Assembly: GCA_028826165.1 (NCBI GenBank)
Contig: JAPDFW010000064.1
Location: 372,001-436,000 of the forward strand
Direction: 5' to 3'
DNA: 64,000 bases
Source of the DNA: Anaeramoeba ignava BMAN
Taxonomy: Eukaryota; Protista; Anaeramoebae
The position numbers were made by a program, and so were the translations under genes. The notes below the pieces were generated by a model that ran no database searches, was not told where the DNA came from, and saw only the letters and a list, made by a program, of their open reading frames with translations. Shown here piece after piece: positions 12,236-24,900 of the stretch. How positions within the stretch are numbered: the first letter of the stretch is position 1; the number at the start of each line of letters is the position of its first letter.

Positions 12236-15200
12236 TTAATTAACTTGAGTATCAATGTTTTGCCAAGTATCTGTTGTTCCGTATTGTGAGAAAATTGAAT
12301 CTCTTAAATTCTTCTTTTGTTTACGTTTTCGAATGAAAACAATTGCGAGAATAACACCTGTGATAACTACAATAGGAACAACAATTGAAGTTACGATAAC
12401 ACCAGTATTAGAGCTAGCTGAAGTACTTGGTGCACAAGTTGAACCATCTTTATAAATAAATTTTAATCCGATTTTAATTTTAATTTCAAAATGAATTTTA
12501 TAAATAAATTTTATAAATAAATTTTTATCCGATTTTAATTTTAATTTTAATTTTAATTTTAATTTTAATTTTAATTTTAATATTAATTTAATTTTAATTT
12601 TAATTTTAATTTTATATTTTAATTTTAATTTACCACCACCACAAAATTTTAATTTTAATTTTATATGTAATTTTTTAATTTTAATTTTAATTTTAATTTT
12701 AATTTTAATTTTAATTTTAATTTTGATTTTAATTTTAATTTTAATTTTAATTTTAATTTTAATTTTAATTTTAATTTTAATTTTAATTTTAATTTTAATT
12801 TTATAAATAAATTTTAATTTTAAATTTTTATCCGATTTTAATTTTAATTTTAATTTTAATTTTAATTTTAAATTTTTATTTTAAATTGCATACCACCACC
12901 ACAAACTCCACAAACATCAATTGGGCATTGGCAAACAATTTTTTGTGCAGAAACACTCCATGCATTATATTGTGAACTGAAACTAATTGAACCAGGATTT
13001 TTATCACCAAAACCAATAATAACATGCCAAACAGGAGGAACATGAACAATAGGTTCAACATCAATATCTCCTGTTATATCAACCAATGTTTGAGTTGTCA
13101 ATGAATATGAACTAACAAAATTGATTGATCCTTTCAAGAAATAATTATCCCATGATCTATAATTTCAAATAAATACAATAAAATTCAATTTTGATTATTT
13201 TGAATTTTTTTATTAAAAATTACATCAAATCAGAAGAAGGATTTCCAACCCAAAAATCTCCAATATAATTGAAATTAATATTCGATGATGTGTTTGTAAT
13301 TTTATTTAATGTGCAGTTAATTCCCCAAATATAGTTTTGATAATCCATTTCTGCATTTATCAAATCTATTAAATATTTATTATTTAATATTTATTTAATA
13401 TTTATTATTTAATATTTATTTATTATTTATTATTTATTATTTATTATTTAATATTTAATATTTAATATTTATTATTTATTATTTATTATTTATTATTTAA
13501 TATTTATTATTTAATATTTATTATTTAATATTTAATATTTATTATTTAATATTTATTATTTAATATTTAATATTTAATATTTATTATTTAATATTTATTA
13601 TTATTTAATATTTATTATTTATTATTTAATATTTAATATTTAATATTTAATATTTATTATTTAATATTTAATATTTATTATTTAATATTTAATATTTATT
13701 ATTTAATATTTATTATTTAATATTTATTATTTATTATTTAATATTTATTATTTAATATTTATTATTTATTATTTAATATATTTATTATTTATTATTTATT
13801 ATTATTACTATCAGGTGATGCATCAAATTTTGAGAATGTTCCATTTGCCCAATTTCCTGTTGAATAAGGACCAAGTGTTCCAACCTAAATTTAATATAAA
13901 TAAAAGAATTTAATATTTCCAAAAAAAAAAAGAAAAAAAAAATATTTTCCAAATTAATTTACTTGCAACCAATCTCCAACTTTACGAGAAAAAATGGGTT
14001 GATTTTGGTAATGAATTTCAGGAAGAGATCCATCAGCATTATAATAGGACAAAAATTCACAACGAGAAACTGGAGTAGTACCATTATTTACGCTGAAAAA
14101 AATATCTTTACAAGCTTGACGAACTGTATTTTCATTTACTACAACAATTCTTAGTTTATATTGTCCAAGAGGAAATTCTGGGAATTGTCTTCCAGATTTG
14201 AAGGTATGATTTCCACTTGCAAGAGGGCATTTAATTTGAGATGCAATTTCGCACAAATTAAAATCGACTGTTGGAATTAATGGATCACCATTAAAATCAG
14301 TATACCAAAGCTAATTTTATTCAATTAGAAATTCAATTTGAATATTGAATTAAATTAAATTGAATTAAATTGAATTAAATATATGATTTAAATATTGGAT
14401 TTAAATTAAATTAAATATTTAATTTAAATTGAATTGAATTAAATTAAATTGAATTAAATATTGAATTGAATTGAATTGAATTAAATATTGAATTGAATTG
14501 AATTAAATTAAATTGAATTTAAATTAAATTGAAATATTAAAAAAAAGAAAAAATGAATATTGAATGGGAATATTTAAATTAAATTGAATTAAATTGAATA
14601 TTGAATTAAATTGAATATTGAAAAATTAAAATTAAATATTTAAATAAAAAAATGGAGTGAATTGAATGAAAATTGAATATTGAATATTGATTTTGAAAAT
14701 TGAATATTAAATATTTGAATTGAATATTTAAATTGAATTCTTAGTTGAAAATTAAATATTAAAATTGAATATTGAATTAAATAATGAATTTTGAAGGTAA
14801 ATATTAAATTGAATATTGAAAATTGAAAATTAAATTGAATTTGGAATATGAATATTGAATAATTGAATATTGAATTGAATTAAATTAATTGAAATTAAAT
14901 TGAATATTGAATTGAATATTGAATTGAAAATTGAATTGGTGAATATTGAATTGAATTAAATTGAATATTAAATTGAATTGAATTAAATTGAATATTGAAA
15001 TTGAATTGGGTAAAAATTGAATATTAAATTGGAATATTGAATAAAATTGAATTGAATTGAATATTGAATTGAATATTAAAATTGAATATTGGTAAATTGA
15101 ATTGATTGGTGGGTAAATATTGAATTGAATATTGAATTGAATTAAATTAAATAAAAAATTAAATTAAAATTGAAATTATTGAATTGAAATTAAATTGAAT

Positions 15201-16169
15201 TGAATTAAAATTGAATTGAATTGAAATTGGTGAATATTGGTGAAATTAAATATTATTGAAATTGAATTAAAATTGGTAAAAATCAAATTGAATTGATTTT
15301 AAATTGGAATTAAAATTAAAATAAATTGGGTGAATATTAAATTGAATTGGAAATTGAATAAAAATTGAATATTGGAATTTAAAATGAATTGTATTGGTTG
15401 AATTGAATTGAATTGGGTGAATGGAATTGGTGAATTGGTAAATTGGGTAAATATTAAAATTAAATATTGAATTAAATTGAATTAAAAATTAAATCAAAAT
15501 ATAAATAAAATTAAATTAAATATTAAATTAAATATAAAATTGAAAATTGAATATTGAATTGATATTGAATAAAAATTGAAATTGAATATTAAATTGAATA
15601 TTGATTTAAATTGAATATTGAATTAAATTGAATATTGAATTGAAGAATTGAATTAAATATTAAATTGAATTGAATTAAATATTAAAATTAAATATTAAAT
15701 ATTAAATTAAATATTAAATTGAAAATTGAATATTGAATTGAATTGAATATTAAATTAAATATTGAATTAAATATTGAATTGAATTAAATCAAATTGAATT
15801 GATTTAAATTGAATTAAATCAAATTAAAAATAAAAGATGATCTGGAATTATTTTGAATTAAATTGAATTAATGAAAATAATAGATTATTTGGAATTAAAG
15901 AGAAAAAAAGGAAAAAGAAGTTGAATTAAGAAAAAAAAATTTTTTTTTTTTACAGTTGCTTGAACAGTTCCTGTATTTAAAGTTTGAGTTAAACTATAAA
16001 TTATAGAAATAGTAAAATTTTCATCAATATTAATAAAATTAGAAGGGGTGTAATTGAATTCAAGTAATTGCAAAGGATCTGTTGGAGCACCACAATCTTG
16101 TATTGTAATTTGAGCATTAAGTACTGAAAGGAGAGTTATTGTCAAAATAAAGAACAATAGTGAATTCAT
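12236..16169 (-). CDS. ML (MD-2/NPC2-like lipid-binding) domain type-I membrane protein with CGVCGGDGSTC cysteine motif
   Basis: Signal peptide + IQDCG...FNLCEIASQIKCPLASG...GQYKLRIVVVN...AC (ML pattern). Six GT-AG-spliced exons. C-terminal TM helix VIVTSIVVPIVVITGVILAIVFI followed by RKRK. Confidence 0.75.
14330..15880. repeat. Degenerate (ATTGA/ATTAA)n satellite filling intron 1 of the ML gene
   Basis: Directly visible low-complexity array. Confidence 0.8.
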
Positions 16170-16539
16170 TTGTTTGATTCTCAAAAAAATCAAAAAGAAA
16201 AGAATAAAAAAATTTTTTAATTTTTTTTCTTTTAAATTTTCTTTTTTTTTTTTTAATTTCATTTTTTTGCTTTTTTTAATTCAAATTCAACTTATGAATC
16301 TTAAAATAAAAAAAGAAAAGATCAAAAAAATAAAAAAGGAAAAAAACAAAAAGCAATTCCAATTTTAATTTCAATTCCAATTTTAATTTCGATTTTAATT
16401 TCAATTTTAATTTTAATTTCAATTTCGATTTTAATTTTAATTTCGATTTTAATTTTGATTCCAATTCCAATTTCGATTTTAATTTTAATTCCAATTTCAA
16501 TTTTAATTTCAATTTTAATTTTAATTTCAATTTTAAAAT

Positions 16540-18327
16540 TTAAGATAATTTATATTGAGTTGTATTTTCAGCTCTTGTTAAAGGATCAGATTTTGTTCCA
16601 CTTATTTTATACCAATTTTCAAGAGCTTTTCCTTTATAAAAGAAAATATGAAAAGCATTTTTATCAGAGTTAGAATCAGCTCGAATAACCTTTTCCAAAT
16701 TTAAATATAAATATTGATTTAAATATTGATTTAAATATTTGATTTAAATATTTGATTTAAATATTGATTTAAATATTGATTTAAATATTTGATTTAAATA
16801 TTGATTTAAATATTGATTTAAATATTTATTTAAATATTGATTTAAATATTTGATTTAAATATTGATTTAAATATCTGATTTAATATTTGATTTAAATATT
16901 AATTTAAATATTGATTTAAATATTGATTTAAATATTTGATTTAAATATTGATTTAAATATTTGATTTAAATATTGATTTAAATATTTGATTTAAATATTG
17001 ATTTAAATATTGATTTAAATATTGATTTTAAATATTTGATTTAAATATTGATTTAAATATTTGATTTAAATATTGATTTAAATATTGATTTAAATATTGA
17101 TTTAAATATTGATTTAAATTTTGATTTAAATTTTAAAATTTAAATATTGATTTAAATATTTGATTTTAAATATTTGATTTAAATATTTGATTTAAATATT
17201 TTGATTTAAATATTGATTTAAATATTAATTTAAATATTGATTTAAATATTTGATTTAAATATTGATTTTAAATATTGATTTAAATATTGATTTAAATATT
17301 GATTTAAATATTGATTTAAATATTTGATTTAAATATTTGATTTAAATATTAGATTTAAATATTTATTTAAATATTGATTTAAATATTGATTTAAATATTT
17401 GATTTAAATATTTGATTTAAATATTGATTTAAATATTGATTTAAATATTGATTTAAATATTTGATTTAAATATTTGATTTAAATATTTGATTTAAATATT
17501 TGATTTAAATATTTGATTTAAATATTGATTTAAATATTTGATTTAAATATTGATTTAAATATTGATTTAAATATTTGATTTAAATATTGATTTAAATATT
17601 AATTTAAATATTTGATTTAAATATTGATTTAAATATTAGATTTAAATATTGATTTAAATAATTGATTTTAATATTGATTTAAATATTTGATTTAAATATT
17701 GATTTAAATATTGATTTAAATATTAATTTAAATATTGATTTAAATATTGATTTAAATATTTACAATTGTCATATCTTTCCTAATTGGACCTTTCTTATCT
17801 TTTTTCAAAACTTTTTCAAGTGTAATTGGACAAATTAATTCAGTTGAATTTTCAAAAGTTTCAAGTAATTTAAATTGAATAAAATCAGGTATTTCCTTTA
17901 AATATTGAGGTTTAATTTTAAATTTCTTTTGTAAAGTCCTAGTAACTTGAGCCATTTCTTTTTGATCCAATTCAGATACTTGAGCAATTTGTTCAATTTT
18001 GTTTTTTTCAGAATTTTTGTTTTCAGAATTTTTGTTAAGAATTTCTTTAGCACCTGAAAACCCATTAATTAAATCAGCAAGACCTTGGAATGATTCCTCA
18101 AATTTTTCTGAATTTTCAACAAGATTTAAAATTGATCCAAAAATTGCAACAGGATCTGATTTATCAATTTTATCTATTACAGTTATAACAATTCCTTTTA
18201 TAAATTGTTTTGCTTCTCTACTAAGTTCTGGATTTTCATTAAGAATTAATGTTGTAATTTCTGCTGCTCCTGCTTTTAAAATTTGTTTAATTCCCCAATT
18301 TGCAAGTTTTTTAGCAAAAAATTCCAT
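16540..18327 (-). CDS. Protein with a C-terminal degenerate U-box/RING-like domain
   Basis: Exons 17764-18327 and 16540-16689 splice in phase 0, giving ICPITLE...LENWY...SDPLTR, which resembles the U-box signature. Confidence 0.55.
16712..17760. repeat. (GATTTAAATATT)n 12-13 bp intronic satellite
   Basis: Directly visible tandem array. Confidence 0.9.
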
Positions 18328-18587
18328 TTTGTTGTTTTGTTTTGTTTTAGAAAATTTAAAAATGAAAAAAATGAAAAATGAAAAATGAAAAAAATTTTTT
18401 GAATTTTGATTTTTGATTTTTGATTTTTGATTTTTGGATTTTTGGATTTATCCTAATTGAAATTTTCTAAGAAAAATTGTTACATCTTTTTATCAATGTA
18501 ACAAAAAACAACAAAAAACAAAAAAAACAAAAAGCAAAACTAATTAATTCGATTAAATTTTTTTTGATTTCTTTTTTTTGATTAAAT

Positions 18588-21500
18588 TCAATCACTATCA
18601 TTTTTATCATGATTTTGATTAATTAAAATTGGATAATTTCCATTTTGATTTTGATTTTGATTTTGATTTTGATTTCCATTTTGATTTCCATTTTGATTTT
18701 GATTTTGATTTTGATTTTGATTTTCATTTTCTGAACTTAAGTCACTACTTAAACTTTGATTTTGAAAATCTGGTAAATCAGGATATCGAGTATTATCTTG
18801 ATTATCTTGATTATCTTGATTATTATTATTATCATCATCTTTTTTATTATCATCAACATTTTCAGATTTGTATTTATTTTCAATTTCATTTTTATTCTCA
18901 GGATTATCACGTGATAAAAGTCCTGTTCTTTCATTGTTTTCTTGTGGTTGATTTTCTGGATCGAGATTGTATACTTCTTCTAATGGATTTCTTGGAACTG
19001 TTTGTGGTTTTTCTGTATATAAATTTGGATTATATTTAGCTCTTGTAAAAAAAGGTTTGAGATATTTACGATCAAATCTCAAAAATCCTTTATTCTTTTT
19101 TGTTGTTTTTTGTTCTTTCTATATTTATAATAAAATAATTAAAATAATTAAAATAATTAAAATAATTAAATTATATCTTTTGATTTTCCTTCTTCTTACA
19201 GATGCATAAATATTCATTTTTTTAACAAGTGGTTGAGTCAATCCACCAAATATAAAAACAGTAAATAAAACAATCATCAAAGTAGTTGTTAAAATAACAT
19301 CACCATTTTCTGTACCAAGATCAACACTTAAGGCAAAAGCAACAGCACCTCTTAAACCACTAAACCAAAGTAAAAACTGTTGTTTTGCAGTTAATTTTCT
19401 TTTTTTCTTGAAAAGATTATTGAGGAAGGAAAGAGGAATAATATTGAAAAATCTAGAAATTAAGCAAAGAAAAATAGTTGTAGCAATCAAAGAGAATTTG
19501 AGGTAATGTTCAAAACAAAAAATTGCAAGACCCAAATAAATAAAAACGAAAGTCTCTGAAATGAACGCGATAACATGAATAGCTTGTCGAGTAATTTTTT
19601 GACTGTGAGGACTTAAATTATTATAAGCATAATGGGCCTCGACAATACCGCATGCAAGAATACCAGCAATTCCTGATAAATCAAGATCCTCACAAAGAAA
19701 ATAAGTGCACCAAGCAAAAAGAAATATTAGTGAACTTTCAATCATTGGATGATGTCTGAGTTTGACATGCTTGAATAAAAGAGAACTTAATAATCCTATT
19801 GCCATTCCTATTGCAAATGACCCTAGAAAAATACCAATAAATGTTCCTAATGCTTTGAATACAAATGCTGTAGTTACTGCACTGTCTTCAAATGCTAAAA
19901 ATGTATCAACAAGTACAATTGCAATTGCATCATTTAAAACAGATTCACCAAATACATTTGCATACAAATCTAAATCAACTCCTAATTCTTTGAAAATGGC
20001 AAGTACACTAACTATATATTTATATATTTTTTAAATTAAAAATTACAAATAAAATTAATATCAAATTCAATTTCAAATTCATATTCAGTATTCAAATTCA
20101 AATTAAAATTCAAATTCAATATTCAAATTCAAATTCAATTTCAAATTCAATATTCAAATTCAAATTCAAATTCAATTTCAATTCAATTTAATTCAAATTC
20201 AAATTCAAATTCAAATTCAATATTCAAATTCAATATTCAAATTCAAATTCAAATTCAATTTCAAATTCAAATTCAAATTACAAATAAAATTAATATCAAA
20301 TTCAAATTCAATATTCAAATTCAAATTCAAATTCAAATTCAAATTCAAATTCAAATTCAATATTCAAATTCAAATTCAATATTCAAATTCAAATTCAAAA
20401 TTCAAATTCAAATTCAAATTCAAATTCAAATTCAAATTCAAATTCAAATTCAAATTCAAATTCAAATTCAAATTCAAATTCAAATTCAAATTCAAATTCA
20501 AATTCAAATTCAATTTCAATTTCAAAATTACAAATAAAATTAATATCAAATTCAAATTCAAATTCAAATTCAAATTCAAATTCAAATTCAATTTCAATTT
20601 CAATATTCAAATTCAATTCAAATTCAATTTCAATATTCAAATTCAAATTCAAATTCAAATTCAAATTCAATATTCAAATTCAAATTCAAATTCAAATTCA
20701 AATTCAATATTCAAATTAAAATTCAATTTCAATTCAAATTCAAATTCAAATTAAAATTAAAATTCAAATTCAAATTCAAATTCAAATTAAAATTAAAATT
20801 CAAATTCAAATTCAAATTCAAATTCAAATTCAAATTAAAAATTCAAATTAAAATTCAAATTCAAATTAAAATTCAATTTCAAATTCAAATTCAAATTCAA
20901 ATTCAAATTAAAATTAATTATAAAATTTAATTTAATTTAATTTTCATAAATATTCACATACCAGGATCTGTTGCAGAAATCATACTCCCAAATAATAAAC
21001 ATTCAATAGATGTTAAAGTAAAAACAGAAGTATAATGAGAAAATAAAATTAAACCACCACCAATTACAAATGTTGATATTAATGTTCCAATTAATGCAAA
21101 TAATAAAACTGAAACCATATTTCTAAAAAAATTCCTTCTTTTCATATTATATCCACTCTTTTAATTTATCAAAAAAAAAAAACAATTCCATTTTTAAATT
21201 CAATAAATTCTTTTTTTGCTTTTTTTAATTTGATTTTTATTTTATCAAAATTTTCTCACCTCAAAAATAATTTGTGGAAGTAATAATAGCATAAAAACAT
21301 CTCTTTTAAAAGAACTAAACTCTTTTAATTCAAGTTTTCCTCCAAAATATCTTAATAATTTAATCAGTAAAAAAATTTAAAAAGAAGTAAAAAAAAATTT
21401 TTTTTTTTAAAATAAAAATTCAAAAAGATTTGAATTAATTTTTTCATTTAAATTATTTTTTATTATAATTAAATTAAATTATATTATATATATTATATAT

Positions 21501-21666
21501 ACCTTATACAAACTCCTGCTAATCCACCTATAATAATTGAAGCACCTGTTTCATGCAAAAACAAAATTTTTCTAGATCTTAAAAAATAAGCAGAAAGCAT
21601 TGCAAGAACACATAAAGCAAAGAAAAGTAATAATCCCCAATGACCAAATTCTTCTTCTTCTGACAT
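18588..21666 (-). CDS. Na+/H+ exchanger, CPA1 family (NHE8/NHX-like)
   Basis: Motifs LLPQIIFESGY, FGSMISATDP, VFGESVLNDA and WFSGLRGAVAFAL across five GT-AG-spliced exons. Confidence 0.93.
20045..20930. repeat. (ATTCAA)n intronic microsatellite in the NHE gene
   Basis: Directly visible array. Confidence 0.9.
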
Positions 21667-21689
21667 TTTTTCAAAAGGAAAAAAAATTA

Positions 21690-21780
21690 AAAAAATGAAA
21701 AATGAAAAATGAAAAATGAAAAATTAAAAATGAAAAATGAAAAATGAAAAATTAAAAATGAAAAATGAAAAATGAAAAAA
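21690..21780 (-). promoter_or_regulatory. Tandem TCATTTT initiator-like elements upstream of the NHE start codon (representative of many genes)
   Basis: About ten (AAAATGA) units immediately upstream of ATG 21666. The same motif lies on the coding strand just upstream of most other genes. Confidence 0.5.
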
Positions 21781-21923
21781 GAAAAATTGATGATTCATAA
21801 CTTTTTCTGTTTAAAAAATTTCTGTTTAAAAAAAAAAATAAAAAGAATTCAATCTAAAATTCTTTAAAGAAAGAAAAATCTAAACCAAAATTTAAAAAAA
21901 AAAAAAAAAATTTTTCCTTTTCT

Positions 21924-24900
21924 TTAATTTTTTTCTATTTTTTTTGAAAGCAAATCTTTTATATTTTTTGAGATCATTGAATGAGTATTTAATTGATAAT
22001 AATCTTTTGCATCTTGTAATTCATTAATTTCATCAACAGTAAGTTTTTCTGATAAATCATCTGTGTATAAAAATTCAATTAAAGCTTGAATAGAATTAAA
22101 ACTTTTTCCACTATAATCACTAACTCTATTTGAATTATCTTTAACAACTGAAAACATTCCTCTAAATAAATCAGATCTTGCAATTAAAATCAACTTATGA
22201 ACATGAATTTGTTCATTTCCAACTAAAATTGTAAAATCTTTTGATTTTTCATCTTGAAATAATCTTTTCAAGTCTTCAATCAATCCATTTCTTGTAAAAA
22301 TTTTCGGGAAATTTTTCATTCCAATTTTGCTACAAATTTCCCGAATAATTTTTTCTTCTTTTAGATCATGAACTGATCCAAGATAAAGACATTCTAAAAA
22401 AATTTCTACAGTTTTATAATTAAAATTCTTCAAAATTTCAAAAGCTTTTGAATAGTAATCATTTCCTAATCGGAATTTTAATATTAGATCATGTGCCTCA
22501 ATTGTTTTATCAACAGTTCTAATCTTAATATCCATGAATTCTTTTGTTGTAAATAATTTATGGAAATCTTCGTGCAAACTTTGATATCTTAAAAGAATAT
22601 TTCTTTGTCTTCTTTTCGTCTTGCAAACATCAAGAGCAGAAATTCCCTAAATATCATGATTATAAAATAAATTTTCCATTTAAATTACAAAATTTTCTTT
22701 TCTTTTCTTTTCTTTTCTTTTTTTAAAAAAAGAAATTGTTTACTTTCTATTTATTATTTTTTTTTTGATATGAATTTAAAATCAAAACTCAAATAATTTA
22801 AAATTAAAAAACTTTAAAAATTAAACCTTCTATAATTTTTTTAAATGAAAATAAAAATAAAAATAAAAATAAATAAATATAAAAATAAATATAAATATAA
22901 AAATAAATTACATTTGTAGCAAAGATATTTGCTCCACTAAGGATTAAAATTTTAGGAATTTTTGCATTTGGATTATCTGAACATGCTAAAATTAATGGTG
23001 TATCTCCCTAAAATAATAATAATTCAATTAATTTCTTTATTAAATTAAAATTAAAATTAAAACAAAATTAAAAATAATAAATACATCCTTATAAAATAAA
23101 ATGTAATTTTTGATTCATTTCTAAATATTTAAATCCTAATTTTTATTAAAAAAAATATTCAATACTTTTTTTTTTAATAAAAATAAAAAATATAAATATA
23201 AATATAAATCTAAATCTAAATCTAAATATTTTTTTCTTTACCTTTTGTTCTTGAATTTATATTCGCTTTATAACGAATAAGTTCATTAACAATTCTTGGA
23301 TCTGTTATACGTTTTGATGCAATATGAAGTGGTGTTAATCCCTTAATAATAATTTTAATAATAATAATTTTATTAATAATAATTTTAATAATAATAATTT
23401 TAATAATTTTAATTTTAATAATTTTAATTTTAATAATTTTAATTTTTGAGAAAATAAATACATTCTTTTAATAAATAAAAAACAAAAATTGAATTTAGTA
23501 AAATAATCATTTGAATAATAAATTTTTCTTTTAAATTACATTCTAAAAATATATAATTTGTTTTTTATATTTGTTTTTTTAAGATAAATCATAAACAAAA
23601 ATAATTATTTGAAATTTACAAATCGAATTTGTGGATTAAACCCAGCCTGTAATACTAATCGAAGTATTTGATAATCAGAAAGCATATCAATAGAAAATTT
23701 TGTTATTTTTGACTAAAAAATTGAAAATTTTTTTAATTAAATGAGAAAAAAAAGATTTTTTTTTTGATTAAATAAATAAAAAAATTAATCACATTAGATT
23801 CTTCAACTTTTGCTCCTGCTTTTAAAAAGAGTTTAACTACAGAAGCAGAACGTGTACATGCAATATGAAATGGTGTTTGTCCCTAATAATATTATTTTAT
23901 ATAAAATGAATTTTATGAAACTAAATTTTCCAACTTGAAAAAAAATTGTTATAATAAAAATACCCACTTAAAAAAGTAATATTTAATTAATATTTAAATA
24001 ATTATTAATAATATTTAATATATTTACTCTCTAAATAAATTTAAAAATATATTCCCTTTTTTTCTTATTCTTTGATTTAAATATTTCTTTTTTTTTTACA
24101 TCTTTCCAATTTGGATTGGCACCTTTATTAAGTAAAAATTTAATTAAATCATCATTATCTTGATTATTCACTGCATAATGTAATACAGAATATCCCTAAT
24201 TTTATTAAATTTATTATTAAAAAAAAATATTCAAATAAAAAAAAAACAAAACTAATTTTTCTATTACAGACTTTTTTTTGTTTTTAGATAATAAAAAAAA
24301 ATTATTATAAACAAAAAAACAAAAAGATTAAAGATATAATTTAAATACTCCCTAAATTGTTTTTAAATTATTTTTAAATTATTTTTTTAAAAAAAAAATA
24401 AAATCAAGATTAAAAATATTACATCAATAAAATTAACATCAAATCCTTTAGATAAAAGTAATTGATATGTTTTCAAATCTGTGAAATTTATTTTCACTAA
24501 ATCAGACATTATATTTTCTTTCTAAATTAAAATTAAAATTAAAATTAAAATTTAAAATTTAAAATTAAAAATAAATTAAAAAAAAATACAGCTTTAGGAT
24601 CAAATTCAGCTCCATAATCTAATAAAAGTTTTATTTTTTCATATGTAGGGTCTGATTTACATAAAATTTGTAAAGGTGAAAATTCCTAAATTGAAATAAA
24701 AATATTATAATTTTAAACAAAATTAATCTTTAATATTAATATTAATATTTACTCCTGGTTTTTTATTTACATCTGCTCCTAATTCCAATAATTTTTGAAT
24801 AACTAAAATATTACTTTCAACTTCACATGCTAATGATAATGGTGTGTCTCCACTCTATTTAAATCAAAAATCAAAAAAAGGAAAGAAATTTAAATTTAGA

